This document shows positions 47,155 through 56,992 of a stretch of DNA of 64,000 bases, piece by piece (within the stretch, counting starts at the first letter, position 1; every line of letters starts with the position of its first letter). Origin of the DNA: a bacterium. GTDB lineage: Bacteria; Patescibacteriota; UBA1384; CAILIB01. The notes beneath the pieces were generated by a model. It was not told the DNA's origin, made no database searches, and worked only from the letters and a program-made list of their open reading frames with translations. The stretch covers positions 701,465 through 765,464 of the forward strand of contig JBAXRQ010000001.1 of the NCBI GenBank assembly GCA_037131105.1. Direction: 5' to 3'. The position numbers and the translations under genes were made by a program.

Positions 47155-47913
47155 CTATTTAAATACAAGATAGGCCTTCTGGCCATCCTGGATGTTGTCA
47201 GGGTCCCAGTCATGGATAGCATTATAGAACGGCTGGTAGTCGTAATGGTAATGCAGCCCTCGCCAGGTCCCCGGCTCATTGGTAATGATCCCGGTTGCGT
47301 CATAGCCGGTAGCCACCAGCATGTGGTAATTAGGCCCGCCAGCACTGAAGTAGGGATTAGGCAGCAACTTGCCAGCCATGCCGAGGATGACCGGATGCCC
47401 AGCCGCCAGCTCCTGTTTTACCTGATCTATGGAATCGATGGAAAGCACTTTGCCGTTATTCATCCCATAATCGTCCTTAGCAATCTGGTTGAGCTGGTCC
47501 AGGGTAATGCTCAGGCCGTATCCATGAGCCTCCTCCCAGTGCACCAGGGCGGTAATCTCGGTATCAGCCTGGGTAGGCGAAGAGATCGGGGTACCGTCCA
47601 GGAAATGCTTGACCATGATCAAGCTGGTCTCTTCGCAAGCGTCCTCATGTAAGGCGTCCCAGACATTGAAAGGAGCCTGCAGAGTGTAGGGCACGGTTAT
47701 TAGGGTAGACGCGGGCAAAGGAGAGCTACTAGGCGTGGCAGCAGGAGTCGCAGTAGGCTTGGCAGTAGGAAGCGTGGTGCCGACCTGGGTATTGCCTGCC
47801 TCGATATCGCCTAGTTGACTGTACTGGACGTGGATGGCATAGGCAATTCCCGCTACAGAGATACCGAGAGCGGCAACCAGGAAAGCGATGAGATAGCTTA
47901 CGCCGTTTTTCAT
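47155..47913 (-). CDS. Peptidase_C39-like (papain-fold) domain protein, membrane anchored
   Basis: 252 aa with a signal anchor and a Pro/Thr linker. TLQAPFNVWDALHEDACEETSLIMV gives the Q…C nucleophile region, and YHMLVATGYD gives the His. Confidence 0.5.
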   Translation of the reverse strand: MKNGVSYLIAFLVAALGISVAGIAYAIHVQYSQLGDIEAGNTQVGTTLPTAKPTATPAATPSSSPLPASTLITVPYTLQAPFNVWDALHEDACEETSLIMVKHFLDGTPISSPTQADTEITALVHWEEAHGYGLSITLDQLNQIAKDDYGMNNGKVLSIDSIDQVKQELAAGHPVILGMAGKLLPNPYFSAGGPNYHMLVATGYDATGIITNEPGTWRGLHYHYDYQPFYNAIHDWDPDNIQDGQKAYLVFK

Positions 47914-47934
47914 AATGAGTTCATAGTATCTATA

Positions 47935-50421
47935 TTAAAACACCACAACGCCCATAGCCCCAAAGGCACTCCAGTTCGACTGCAGCTGAGCCGTAGTCCA
48001 ATGCAAGCGGCCGAAGATGGGATCGTTGATGATGAATCCGGTAGGATGCGCGACCGGTCCGGTGAAACCCACTAACAGGCGCACATGTTCACCTATCCAG
48101 CCGTTCACAGCCCGGCCGGCCGGAGTCACCCAGGGATCAGGCCGCGGATTACTACCGGCCACTCCCCAGAAGACGACGGGGTTTCCGGCGGCAATGTTCG
48201 AAGCCACGCTAGCGGCACTCAAGGTAAGTATCTGCGAGGAACGGTATTGGTTGGCCACGTTAGCGATGGGAGCCGTATACACCCCATACCCGGTCGAGTC
48301 CTGATGACCGTTCACATCGCCGACAAAGGCCGCATAAGGATCACCCCAGACATTCCCACTGCGAGGCGTCGTGTCCACCGGGAGGGCACCCAGTACGGTA
48401 GCCTCGCTGACGCCAACCCCCTTGTATCTGAGGGCCATGGTAAGCGATGCCGCCTCGCAGGAAAGCGGCTTCTGTTGGTAGTACACCGGAATAGATAACA
48501 GCGTCGACGACTCCTCAGTCTGGAATGAGCTAGAGGCAACACTCGTGGAGGGAAGCCCGATCTGACTTACCACTCCGGCTGCCACAGTGACTTGGTACCC
48601 AGCATCCTTACTAAGGCTGGCGGCATAACTCATGGTCTGTCCTGACCAGCTGAATGTACCTGCGACGGCAGGAGAGATCGAGAAGGCCTGCTGGGCCGAG
48701 TCATGGTCTACAGGCTGATCAAAGGCTACCTTTATCGGTGTGCCCACACTGACTCCCCCGCTCCCAGAACGCGGCGTAATCGAGCTTACCCGTACATGCC
48801 CGATAGTAGTAAAGGTGAACGACGCGGCATCGGGAAGAAAGCCTTCGTGGGCGTCCTTCAGGCCCTTGGCCACCGTGACGGTATATTTGGTATCCAGCTG
48901 TAGAGCGCCGGTCATGGTGTAGACGAGGGTCTTGTTGTCTACCCACTTCCAGGTCCCAGCGACTGCAGGCTGAACCGTAATCTGGGAAGTCGGATCCACT
49001 GAGGCCATTGCCTCGCTAAACGTGAGTGTTAGTGACTTCTGGCTGAGCAGTACCCCGCCGCCCTGTGGCGTGAAGCCGCTGATACCTGGCGCCCCTTTGG
49101 TAGTAAATGAGGCAGTCGCCACCGTGACAGGCAGATCGGTGGAGTTGCGCAGGGTGCCGTCTTCACCATAGATAGTCAGAACCCGTTTGACCGCCAGACT
49201 ATAGTCAGTACTCTGGTCGAGACAGCCCTTCGGGGTGAGCGTATAGGTCTTGCCGTCACTGCTTAAAGCGCTGGTCAGGTCGATGGCAGGAGTCATCTGA
49301 AAACTGAACTCGGCCACATGGTCTGCCGACTCGTTCAAGGTGACCGTTATAGGGTCGCAGATGCCTACCTGCTTGGAATCGGCACTCACTGATACGTTCT
49401 TCACGCTGGGAAGCGCCGGAGTCTTAAAAGTAAGGCTGTAGTCGCTGTTTTCGCGGCTCAGGACATTGGCAAGGTGAGTAATCCTAAGAGTATAGGTGGT
49501 GCCAGGCTCCAGGTGCTGGCTTGGCGTGAAGATCAGCTGCCTGACGAAGATCCGCTGAAGGTAGGAGTCCGCGAAAGAAATGTCACCCTTCACTGGCGGT
49601 GAGAGAGTCACTTCTATCTGGCTGCGGTTTATGGGGCGGTCAAAGGTAACGGTAATAGGGGCTACCAGGCTTTCCAGCTGGGTGCCGTCAGTCGGTGCAG
49701 CGGCATTGGCTACAGGCAGACGGATAAAACTGTCATAGGTCCAGTACGTCCCCCCGGCAACCGCCACTGCGAACACAAAGACCGCCACCTGCTTCATGAA
49801 GTGGTGGCGACGATGAAACGGATCGGTATGCTCAGGATCAGTAGGCAGGCGATAGGCAGCACAAACCGGACCCCACAAAGCCCCGAACAGGAACACCATG
49901 GCAATCTCCTCAATGGGATGGCCAGCCGCCACTATGCCCGAGAACGAGGAGATGGTCTCCACAGGCCCCACTACTGGAATGCTCAGGAAGTAATACAGCG
50001 CGACATAGAATATCCCGAATCCCAGGGCCGAGGCCAGGGCGTCCCAGATCAGTGCTCTCCCCATCACAAAGCTTGCCGCCAGGATGAGCAGCAGGGCTAT
50101 GCCAGCCGCTACCAGCATCTGCACATGGAGTAACCAGAGTAACAGAAGGGCAAGCAAAGGACCGGCCAATAGCCAGCGCAGGTGAATGCGGGAAGGATGC
50201 AGAGCCGGAGTCAGCAGTCGGCGTAGAGTCAGGCAGTAGATGACGTCGGCGACGCCTCCCAGCACGAAAACGGTGACAAGCTGCCACCAAAAGCTGCCAT
50301 AAAATCCTATACCGGCAAGCAGGGGCAGTCCAAGCAGCGGCAAGGTGACAAAGGCGGCAACCAAGCCCTCCTTCCAGAGAGGACGGATGGGGGCTGCCGG
50401 TCTGTTACCAAAGGTGAGCAT
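47935..50421 (-). CDS. Large membrane protein: N-terminal ~6-TM region + four or more bacterial Ig-like (SbsA/Big_5-type) repeats + C-terminal Peptidase_C39-like domain
   Basis: 828 aa. After the N-terminal hydrophobic block come repeats of the T-V-T-F-D-R-P...Y-T-L-x-V type, and the C-terminus has QQKPLSCEAASLTMALRYKG...GEHVRLLVGF. Confidence 0.55.
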   Translation of the reverse strand: MLTFGNRPAAPIRPLWKEGLVAAFVTLPLLGLPLLAGIGFYGSFWWQLVTVFVLGGVADVIYCLTLRRLLTPALHPSRIHLRWLLAGPLLALLLLWLLHVQMLVAAGIALLLILAASFVMGRALIWDALASALGFGIFYVALYYFLSIPVVGPVETISSFSGIVAAGHPIEEIAMVFLFGALWGPVCAAYRLPTDPEHTDPFHRRHHFMKQVAVFVFAVAVAGGTYWTYDSFIRLPVANAAAPTDGTQLESLVAPITVTFDRPINRSQIEVTLSPPVKGDISFADSYLQRIFVRQLIFTPSQHLEPGTTYTLRITHLANVLSRENSDYSLTFKTPALPSVKNVSVSADSKQVGICDPITVTLNESADHVAEFSFQMTPAIDLTSALSSDGKTYTLTPKGCLDQSTDYSLAVKRVLTIYGEDGTLRNSTDLPVTVATASFTTKGAPGISGFTPQGGGVLLSQKSLTLTFSEAMASVDPTSQITVQPAVAGTWKWVDNKTLVYTMTGALQLDTKYTVTVAKGLKDAHEGFLPDAASFTFTTIGHVRVSSITPRSGSGGVSVGTPIKVAFDQPVDHDSAQQAFSISPAVAGTFSWSGQTMSYAASLSKDAGYQVTVAAGVVSQIGLPSTSVASSSFQTEESSTLLSIPVYYQQKPLSCEAASLTMALRYKGVGVSEATVLGALPVDTTPRSGNVWGDPYAAFVGDVNGHQDSTGYGVYTAPIANVANQYRSSQILTLSAASVASNIAAGNPVVFWGVAGSNPRPDPWVTPAGRAVNGWIGEHVRLLVGFTGPVAHPTGFIINDPIFGRLHWTTAQLQSNWSAFGAMGVVVF

Positions 50422-50487
50422 GGAAGCGTGGTATCTTTACCACTAATCATATCATGAGGCAGGCCCTAATAACGCAAATAGCGGGCC

Positions 50488-50513
50488 CCCGGAGGGACCC
50501 GCTACTGTTATCA
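50488..50513 (-). terminator. Hairpin terminator downstream of the secreted-protein gene
   Basis: TAGCGGGCCCCcggagGGGACCCGCTA. On the minus strand it is followed by a T-rich stretch. Confidence 0.4.
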
Positions 50514-50524
50514 TGGAGCCGCGA

Positions 50525-51679
50525 TTATCTGCGGTCCAGGAAGAGTGTCCGATTGTCATCGGTGATGACGGTGACATTGCCGCCCCCGTCGATGCCTGTC
50601 GCATCGGTAAACCATACGGCACCCTCACCCGACGGCGGCTCAGTGACTTTGGTCAGCATCACCGGTGGTCCACCGGCCTGACGCCATTCGGCAGCGTAGG
50701 TGGTGGTGATGGTACCGCCGTTGGTCTGGGCGCCCGCGCTGGAGGCCGATGTGACCGGAACGTTTCCGACGATGTCGTAACCGTTCGTCGCACTGGCAAT
50801 ACCGGGCCCAAGGTCCAAGATCTTGCCACTGACTATCTCCCACCGGCAAGCATGGGATGAGGCGCCCGGATAGTCGCGAACGGTAACCGCTACGACCCCG
50901 TTGTCGGCCACATCCGCCGCATAGGCCGGATGGGTTCCCGTATTGAGCTGACGGGGTAGAAAGTGGCGGCCATCGGCTGCCCGTTCCCAGACCCGTGCCT
51001 TGGGAAGACCAGCGATGACTTCATAGCCAGCGGCGTACTTCCCATTCGGCGAGGAATTGAGGACGTAGGCACTGTCAGCGTTATCCGACATGGGCAGCGC
51101 ATTCAACACTGTGTCGCCCGGCAGCCACATGGCAGGCTGTACCGTGTTGTTTCCCCACGTGTTAAGGTAGAGGATTCCACGGGACATCCGGGCCGGACTG
51201 CCGACGATCGTACGGAACGGCCATTTGACTGGTCGACCCGGCGAAACGACGCCATTCACGGTGCTCGGAGCGGTGCGATACGAGATGGCACCGATACCTC
51301 CGGCAAGACCGCCATTGGTCTGGGCGCCGCCCTTTGTGGGGACGTTGACTTGATAGACTCCGGCGATGTCGCCGTTGTCTCCCAAAGCGACGAGGGTTTC
51401 CCCCGCCAGGGGCGGGATCACCTGCGCGCCATCCTTCAACTTCCACTTGGTAAACGCCGACGTTCCACCCATGCCCGCGACACTTGCGAAAGCAGTGCCG
51501 TCGGTTAGGAGCTTCGCCGGCGTTCCCCCGAAGGGGATCAGGATGCTATCATACTGCGCCGGATCCAACGGGATCCCGCCGCGCGTTACGAGTGCGACCT
51601 CCGGTTGGGCCTGCACTACTGCAGCCATACCGACAACTCCCACTGCCAACGACAACGTCTTCTTCAAGATGCTCTTCAC
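50525..51679 (-). CDS. Hypothetical secreted Gly/Thr-rich protein
   Basis: 384 aa with signal peptide MKSILKKTLSLAVGVVGMAAVVQA and no recognisable catalytic motifs. Confidence 0.4.
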   Translation of the reverse strand: MKSILKKTLSLAVGVVGMAAVVQAQPEVALVTRGGIPLDPAQYDSILIPFGGTPAKLLTDGTAFASVAGMGGTSAFTKWKLKDGAQVIPPLAGETLVALGDNGDIAGVYQVNVPTKGGAQTNGGLAGGIGAISYRTAPSTVNGVVSPGRPVKWPFRTIVGSPARMSRGILYLNTWGNNTVQPAMWLPGDTVLNALPMSDNADSAYVLNSSPNGKYAAGYEVIAGLPKARVWERAADGRHFLPRQLNTGTHPAYAADVADNGVVAVTVRDYPGASSHACRWEIVSGKILDLGPGIASATNGYDIVGNVPVTSASSAGAQTNGGTITTTYAAEWRQAGGPPVMLTKVTEPPSGEGAVWFTDATGIDGGGNVTVITDDNRTLFLDRR

Positions 51680-51883
51680 GTTCTCTTCTCCCGTGTCGCA
51701 AGCTTATTATTCGCCTGACAAAGCGGCTTGCTGACTATTTTCAAAGTGTCGGCGGGATATTATCACATTTCCCCCACTTTGTCAATGACTTTTGGCTCTG
51801 ACAAGGATATACATTTCGACCTTCCGAAGTGACTACACTGATGGTATAGTGAGACTACTATCTACCAGATTGCTCTTTTTCCG

Positions 51884-52216
51884 ATGGTAAGCGAACACCT
51901 CCTCATCTACATCAAGTCATCCCTCGACCAGGGCCTTGACCTGAAAAGCATTAGCGCCACCCTGGTAAACAAGGGCTGGCAGAATACGTATATAGATGAG
52001 GGAATGGCCGAAGTGCAGGCAGACCCCACGTTCGCTAAGTACTTCAAGGCACCCGCTCCCAAACGCTCCTTCGCGCCCATTCTTCTTATCGCCCTCCTCA
52101 TGCTCCTCGGAGCAGCCGGCGCTTTTGCTTGGAAAAATGGCAGGTTGGACGGCCTGAAACGGACCCTAGGCATACCGGTTACCGACACCAGCTACACCCC
52201 TACCAGCCCCTATTAA
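51884..52216 (+). CDS. Hypothetical small bitopic membrane protein
   Basis: 110 aa with a single transmembrane helix (ILLIALLMLLGAAGAFAW). An upstream inverted repeat TTGTCA-N14-TGACAA lies in the promoter region. Confidence 0.3.
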   Translation: MVSEHLLIYIKSSLDQGLDLKSISATLVNKGWQNTYIDEGMAEVQADPTFAKYFKAPAPKRSFAPILLIALLMLLGAAGAFAWKNGRLDGLKRTLGIPVTDTSYTPTSPY

Positions 52217-52320
52217 CCAGGATGACTTGTTCAACCTGTTCACCAGGGTGGGCAAAGCGGATTCTTCAGGTTAGAGTGTCCAGGTGTCCTAATACCCCCT
52301 GATTAGCTATACTGGGATCA

Positions 52321-54219
52321 ATGAGCCGCACCAGGACTACCCTTTTTGCCCTCTCCCTCGGTGCCCTCGGCATCGTTTTCGGCGACATCGGCACCAGCCC
52401 CCTCTATGCCCTCAACGTCCTCTTTGGTCCTGTAGGCTATCACCTGGTTCCCAGCCAAGAAAACATCTTTGGCATCATCTCCCTTCTTCTCTGGTCAGTG
52501 ACATTAGTGGTCTCGGTCAAGTTCGTCGGCTTCATAATGAGGGTAGATAATGCCGGCGAGGGTGGCATTATGGCTCTGGTGGCCAAAATCAAAGGCAGCA
52601 AGCTCCCTGCACACTCACAGTGGATCTTTATTCTATTGGGTCTGGTCGGCGTCTCACTTTTTTACGGGGACATCACTATCACGCCCGCCATCTCAGTGCT
52701 TTCAGCCGTGGAAGGCCTCAAGGTAGTAGCCCCCGGCCTGGACTCACTGATCATCCCGGTAACCCTGATCCTTTTGGTTCTACTTTTTGGCATCCAGCGC
52801 TACGGTACCTCGCTTATTGGCGAACTGTTCGGCCCGGTCATGCTCCTCTGGTTCCTTACCATTGCGGCTGGAGGCGGCTGGCAGATCTGGCAACACCCTG
52901 ATATTCTCACTGCCCTTCTTCCTCAGACCGCTGTCAATTTCTTTCTAGCCCAGCCCGCGGTGGCCTTTGCCGCCTTGGGAGCAGTAATCCTAGCCATCAC
53001 CGGAGCTGAGGCACTCTACGCAGACATGGGGCATTTCGGAAAATCCCCGATCACCCGGGCTTGGTTCTTCGTGGTATTCCCCGCCCTACTACTCTGCTAC
53101 ATGGGACAGGGTGCTCTGATGCTGCACAATACCGCAGCACTGAGTAATCCGCTGGTCTTACTCTACCCCACTGCTCTTCAGCTTCCCGTGGTAATCCTAG
53201 CGACACTTGCCACCATCATCGCCTCCCAATCGGTCATCTCAGGCGCTTTCTCACTCACCCGCCAGGCGGTTCAGCTGAATTTCCTGCCCAAGATGCTGGT
53301 GCGTCACACCTCAACCAAGGAAAGTGGCCAGATCTACTTACCTTTTGTAAACGGTGCCCTGTTTCTCAGCGTAGTCCTGCTAGTACTCCTATTCGGCTCT
53401 TCAGCCCACTTAGCCGGCGCCTATGGCATCGCGGTAAGCGGCACCCTGGCTGTCGACACCATCCTCTATCTAGTAGTACTCACGGCCAGCTCCCGAACAC
53501 CATTGCAGTACATTATCCTAGCTGCCCTGGCCTTTCTTCCCATTGACCTTCTGTTTGTAGGCGCCACCCTGCCCAAGATCATGCAGGGAGGCTGGTTCCC
53601 CCTGGCTGTTGGCGCCCTGATGCTCACCGTAATCACGACCTGGAGAAAAGGCCAACGCATTACCTCGGCTGAGCGCATGACCCTGGAAGGACCGCTGCAG
53701 GACTTCGTGGATGAGATCCGCCACATGAAACCCGCCCTGATGCGGGCACCCGGCACGTCAGTATATATCGGTCACCATCCCGGTTTCGCTCCCCTGGCCC
53801 TCCGAGCTACCGTCCAAGACCTGCACGAATTGGCCGAAAAAGTGATCATCGTCACGGTGAACGTTACTACCGAGTCGCATGTGCCGGAGGAGGAGCGGGC
53901 CGTTTTCGATAATCTAGGCCATAATGACGGCATCGCCTATGTCAGCCTTACCTATGGATATCACGACGTGCCCCATGTCCCCCATGCCTTGGAAGAGCTT
54001 TCGGCTAAGGATCCCCACAATGTGGAGCTGAAGATCGACGCTGAACACGCCTCATACTTCGTCTCAACCAGCCGGGTAGTACCTAGCCGCAGCCTGAACA
54101 TGGCTGGCTGGCGCAAGTATATGTATACGGTCATGTCGCACAATGCTACCAGCTCCAGTGACTACTTCCATCTGCCTATCGAGCGGACTGTGGAGATGCA
54201 GTCGCTTATTCCCCTTTAG
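52321..54219 (+). CDS. kup: KUP/HAK/KT-family potassium uptake transporter
   Basis: 632 aa with the hallmark N-terminal LGALGIVFGDIGTSPLYALN, 12 transmembrane helices and a cytoplasmic C-terminal domain. Confidence 0.85.
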   Translation: MSRTRTTLFALSLGALGIVFGDIGTSPLYALNVLFGPVGYHLVPSQENIFGIISLLLWSVTLVVSVKFVGFIMRVDNAGEGGIMALVAKIKGSKLPAHSQWIFILLGLVGVSLFYGDITITPAISVLSAVEGLKVVAPGLDSLIIPVTLILLVLLFGIQRYGTSLIGELFGPVMLLWFLTIAAGGGWQIWQHPDILTALLPQTAVNFFLAQPAVAFAALGAVILAITGAEALYADMGHFGKSPITRAWFFVVFPALLLCYMGQGALMLHNTAALSNPLVLLYPTALQLPVVILATLATIIASQSVISGAFSLTRQAVQLNFLPKMLVRHTSTKESGQIYLPFVNGALFLSVVLLVLLFGSSAHLAGAYGIAVSGTLAVDTILYLVVLTASSRTPLQYIILAALAFLPIDLLFVGATLPKIMQGGWFPLAVGALMLTVITTWRKGQRITSAERMTLEGPLQDFVDEIRHMKPALMRAPGTSVYIGHHPGFAPLALRATVQDLHELAEKVIIVTVNVTTESHVPEEERAVFDNLGHNDGIAYVSLTYGYHDVPHVPHALEELSAKDPHNVELKIDAEHASYFVSTSRVVPSRSLNMAGWRKYMYTVMSHNATSSSDYFHLPIERTVEMQSLIPL

Positions 54220-54241
54220 ATATCAAGCGTGTTGCCTGGCA

Positions 54242-54850
54242 TTATTTCTTTCGTAGTCCCAGGAAGCATCCCGCCACCGCTACGATGAGGGCCACCGCTG
54301 CCAAAGCCCGGGAAGCAGAGTCCCGACCGGTAGAAGTCGCACCAGTTACCGGGGTCGGTGTGGCGGCCAGGTCATTTATTATTGTTGTCTCTGAATACGG
54401 GGTCAGACTGTCATCATTGGCCCGTCCAGCTACGGGAGCCTGGTCCCAGGAAGTAATAGTCCCGTCGGAAAAGGTCTGGTAGGCCTTCCAGTTCAAGGCT
54501 CCCTGGGTTCCCGGCACCTGAGCCCTAAAAGTAAAGTCCAGGCGCTGCCCGGCGGGAATGACCCCACCGATCCAACTGATTTCGGTAAGCTTGCCCTTGT
54601 CATCTGCCTTGGTGGCAATATTCCAGCCTAGCTGGACGGTAGGCATGACGTCGGCAAGACCCCCTGGTAGAACCAAGCGCAGGCCAGTCACCGAGACATT
54701 ATCCTTTTCGTTTGGCACGCTGATGCTGAAGGTCTGGGTAGTGGCAACACCAACCTGAGAAGGTGTGATAACGACATGGGCGGAAGCGACACCAGCACTA
54801 AGCATGACAAGACCGAGCGTAGCGACAAAGCCTAATAGTGACTTTTTCAT
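54242..54850 (-). CDS. YcnI-like (DUF1775) copper-binding protein, membrane anchored
   Basis: Start trimmed to MKKSLLGFVATLGLVMLSAGVASA. The mature N-terminus is HVVITP (His1), as in YcnI Cu-binding proteins. It has a C-terminal transmembrane helix. Confidence 0.55.
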   Translation of the reverse strand: MKKSLLGFVATLGLVMLSAGVASAHVVITPSQVGVATTQTFSISVPNEKDNVSVTGLRLVLPGGLADVMPTVQLGWNIATKADDKGKLTEISWIGGVIPAGQRLDFTFRAQVPGTQGALNWKAYQTFSDGTITSWDQAPVAGRANDDSLTPYSETTIINDLAATPTPVTGATSTGRDSASRALAAVALIVAVAGCFLGLRKK

Positions 54851-54860
54851 GACTAAATGA

Positions 54861-55373
54861 TTAATGACGGGATCGTGGCTTTCTGGGCTCATACCTACTC
54901 CAGGCCACATAGCCCACTATAGCTACGAAGATGGCTCCCAACAAGGTCCAGAGCAGAAAGCCTCCCTTATTTGAAGAAGACGTCGTGATACCTCGCTCCA
55001 CCCGGGTCTGCCACTTCAGGTCAAATTTGGAAAAGTCGCCGGCAACATAGGGGAAACCGGACAACTCCACCTGGTAGATACCTGCGGCTGGAAAAGTATA
55101 GGAAACATACGGAGTAGCGGCATTGTCGGTCAGTGGCTGTTGACTTACTACTCTTCCGTCAGACGACAGTATTATCTGACACTGGCAGTTAGCGAGCTGG
55201 AATTTCCCTTTAGTATCCTTCAGATCAAAGAACAGGGTGGCCGACTGGCCGGCGACCGGGGCATCCCCCGGCTCAATATGCAGTACCGCCCCGATAGTTC
55301 CGTCGCGCTCGAGGAAATGGGCCTGGGCGACAGACGGCGCCAAAAACAGCAGGATAATCAACAGGTACTTCAT
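54861..55373 (-). CDS. CopC-like or other His-first cupredoxin-fold periplasmic protein with a C-terminal transmembrane anchor; tentative
   Basis: 170 aa. After signal peptide MKYLLIILLFLAPSVAQA the mature N-terminus is HFLERDG (His1). It has a CQCQ motif and a C-terminal transmembrane helix, and a 4-nt overlap with the upstream gene. Confidence 0.4.
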   Translation of the reverse strand: MKYLLIILLFLAPSVAQAHFLERDGTIGAVLHIEPGDAPVAGQSATLFFDLKDTKGKFQLANCQCQIILSSDGRVVSQQPLTDNAATPYVSYTFPAAGIYQVELSGFPYVAGDFSKFDLKWQTRVERGITTSSSNKGGFLLWTLLGAIFVAIVGYVAWSRYEPRKPRSRH

Positions 55374-56953
55374 TGGACGTTGATGGTGAAGTCGGCAACG
55401 AACAAATGGCCAGCCGGATTGAACTCGGCAAAGAGCCGGTAGGTTCCAGGATGGATGGGCCCGTACAGCCCGAGCGGCAGGAAGGTGACGGTCGGCCCTG
55501 AAAGATCGCTGGCAGCTGGGATGGTCAGGTTATTGGGATGTACATGCAGGTAGTCAAAGCCGTCCTCTCGGATCATCACCAGATGGCCAAACGCCTCTAA
55601 GTAAGGTCTTAGGTCAGTGACCGCCTTCCCGGTGGCAGCGTCCTGGATGGTAAAGGTCAGGGTCTGGCTACCCACTGACAGCTCCGATGCCTTGAGGGGC
55701 GCACTAGTCTGCAGACTCACTTTGTAGTCACCAAAGGTCTTGGTCTGGGTGTTGTCAGGCTTCTGGGCAGGCGCTTCAGACCCCACCGTACCCACCGCCA
55801 AGGTAAAGGCCTGCTGCTGCTCAATGGCACCGAACGGCTGGTAGTTGACGTACAGATGGTAGAGCCCATCGGCCGGCAGGGCGGTGGTCACGACAAAGCT
55901 CCCATTCACAAAGTCCGGATGAATATGACTGAAATAGTCGAGTTTCTCATTGACGATGACCAGGTGCACGTACTGGCTGTAGACTTTCGAATAGCTGCTG
56001 ACCGCATAACCGGAGCTGGCGTCATAGACCTTAAATGCCAGTTGCACCGGTTGGCCTGCCTTCACCACGGCAGGGGCCGAAAAGCTCACCGTATAGCGCT
56101 TGGTCTTATCCCCTCGCAAACCGGCATAGGCAGGACTGTTCAGGTTCACATTTGAACTGAAGCCGAAAGCGGAAGTAGCTGACTGCTGCGCCTGCTGGGC
56201 CAGCTGAATATGGGCGGAGTGGATATTGATACCCAGGCTGGCACTTCCCTCTGGCGCGAGATACTGCGCGCCGAGGCCGACAACTAACGCGACCACTACG
56301 GCAGAAAAGCCGAACCGCGCTACGACCTGATACTTCCGCTCCAACAGCTTATCCACCCGAAGCGCCTCCAAGAACAGCAGGATTGCCAGCAGCACGAAGG
56401 CGACCTTAGCCACGGGCGACGTAGCTAGATCGGCAAAGTCGCTTCCTAGAAGCAAGGCATGCAGGACGAGCAGGACTCCGGCTGCATAGACCAGTCGGTG
56501 CAGTCGCTTCCACCATTTCCCCAGCCGACGGACCATGTAGTCAAACGAGGTAGAGGCCATCATGGCCACTATTACCAGGGCGGTGCCGCTGCAGGTTATG
56601 GCAAACAAATAGCGATTATCCAGGAAGGGAAGGCCGGAAAACCCTCCCAGCTCACCAAAGAATGAGTAGGCAAGATGGAAGCAAGCCAGAATGAACACGG
56701 AGAACCCGGTCGCCCGTCGGGCCTTGGTCACTATCCCCCGCCATGGCAAGGTCGGAAGGGCTTCGTACAACGGGCTAACCAACAGTGAGATATAGAGAAA
56801 GCCGAGCGCCAGAAGCCCAAAATCCTGGGCAAGCAGCGATACCTGGAGCGGCCCCTCAGGCACCTCGCTTCCCACCCGTAGGTAGACCCCGGCGATGACA
56901 AGGCCAGTAAGGCAGAGGACATGGAAGCGAACATTGCGAAGCAAGGCATGCAT
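55370..56953 (-). CDS. Ferric-reductase-like transmembrane heme domain protein (FRD/YedZ-type), fused to two extracytoplasmic repeat domains carrying H-x-H-P motifs
   Basis: 527 aa. The transmembrane region has His pairs with FRD-like spacing (ACFHLAYSFF…LHRLVYAAGVLLVLHALLLG). The C-terminal half has two ~110-aa repeats: DYFSHIHPD…YHLYVNYQPFG and DYLHVHPNN…YRLFAEFNPAG. Confidence 0.5.
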   Translation of the reverse strand: MHALLRNVRFHVLCLTGLVIAGVYLRVGSEVPEGPLQVSLLAQDFGLLALGFLYISLLVSPLYEALPTLPWRGIVTKARRATGFSVFILACFHLAYSFFGELGGFSGLPFLDNRYLFAITCSGTALVIVAMMASTSFDYMVRRLGKWWKRLHRLVYAAGVLLVLHALLLGSDFADLATSPVAKVAFVLLAILLFLEALRVDKLLERKYQVVARFGFSAVVVALVVGLGAQYLAPEGSASLGINIHSAHIQLAQQAQQSATSAFGFSSNVNLNSPAYAGLRGDKTKRYTVSFSAPAVVKAGQPVQLAFKVYDASSGYAVSSYSKVYSQYVHLVIVNEKLDYFSHIHPDFVNGSFVVTTALPADGLYHLYVNYQPFGAIEQQQAFTLAVGTVGSEAPAQKPDNTQTKTFGDYKVSLQTSAPLKASELSVGSQTLTFTIQDAATGKAVTDLRPYLEAFGHLVMIREDGFDYLHVHPNNLTIPAASDLSGPTVTFLPLGLYGPIHPGTYRLFAEFNPAGHLFVADFTINVQ

Positions 56954-56992
56954 GAAGCGAGTATAGCAGGTTAGGCAAACCCGAGCAGAAAC

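Noticed and set aside
52217-52320. Possible c-di-AMP (ydaO) riboswitch upstream of kup
   Set aside because: The 104-bp leader is too short, and it lacks the conserved ydaO pseudo-symmetric ACGGGGAGC/CCGNAGG elements.
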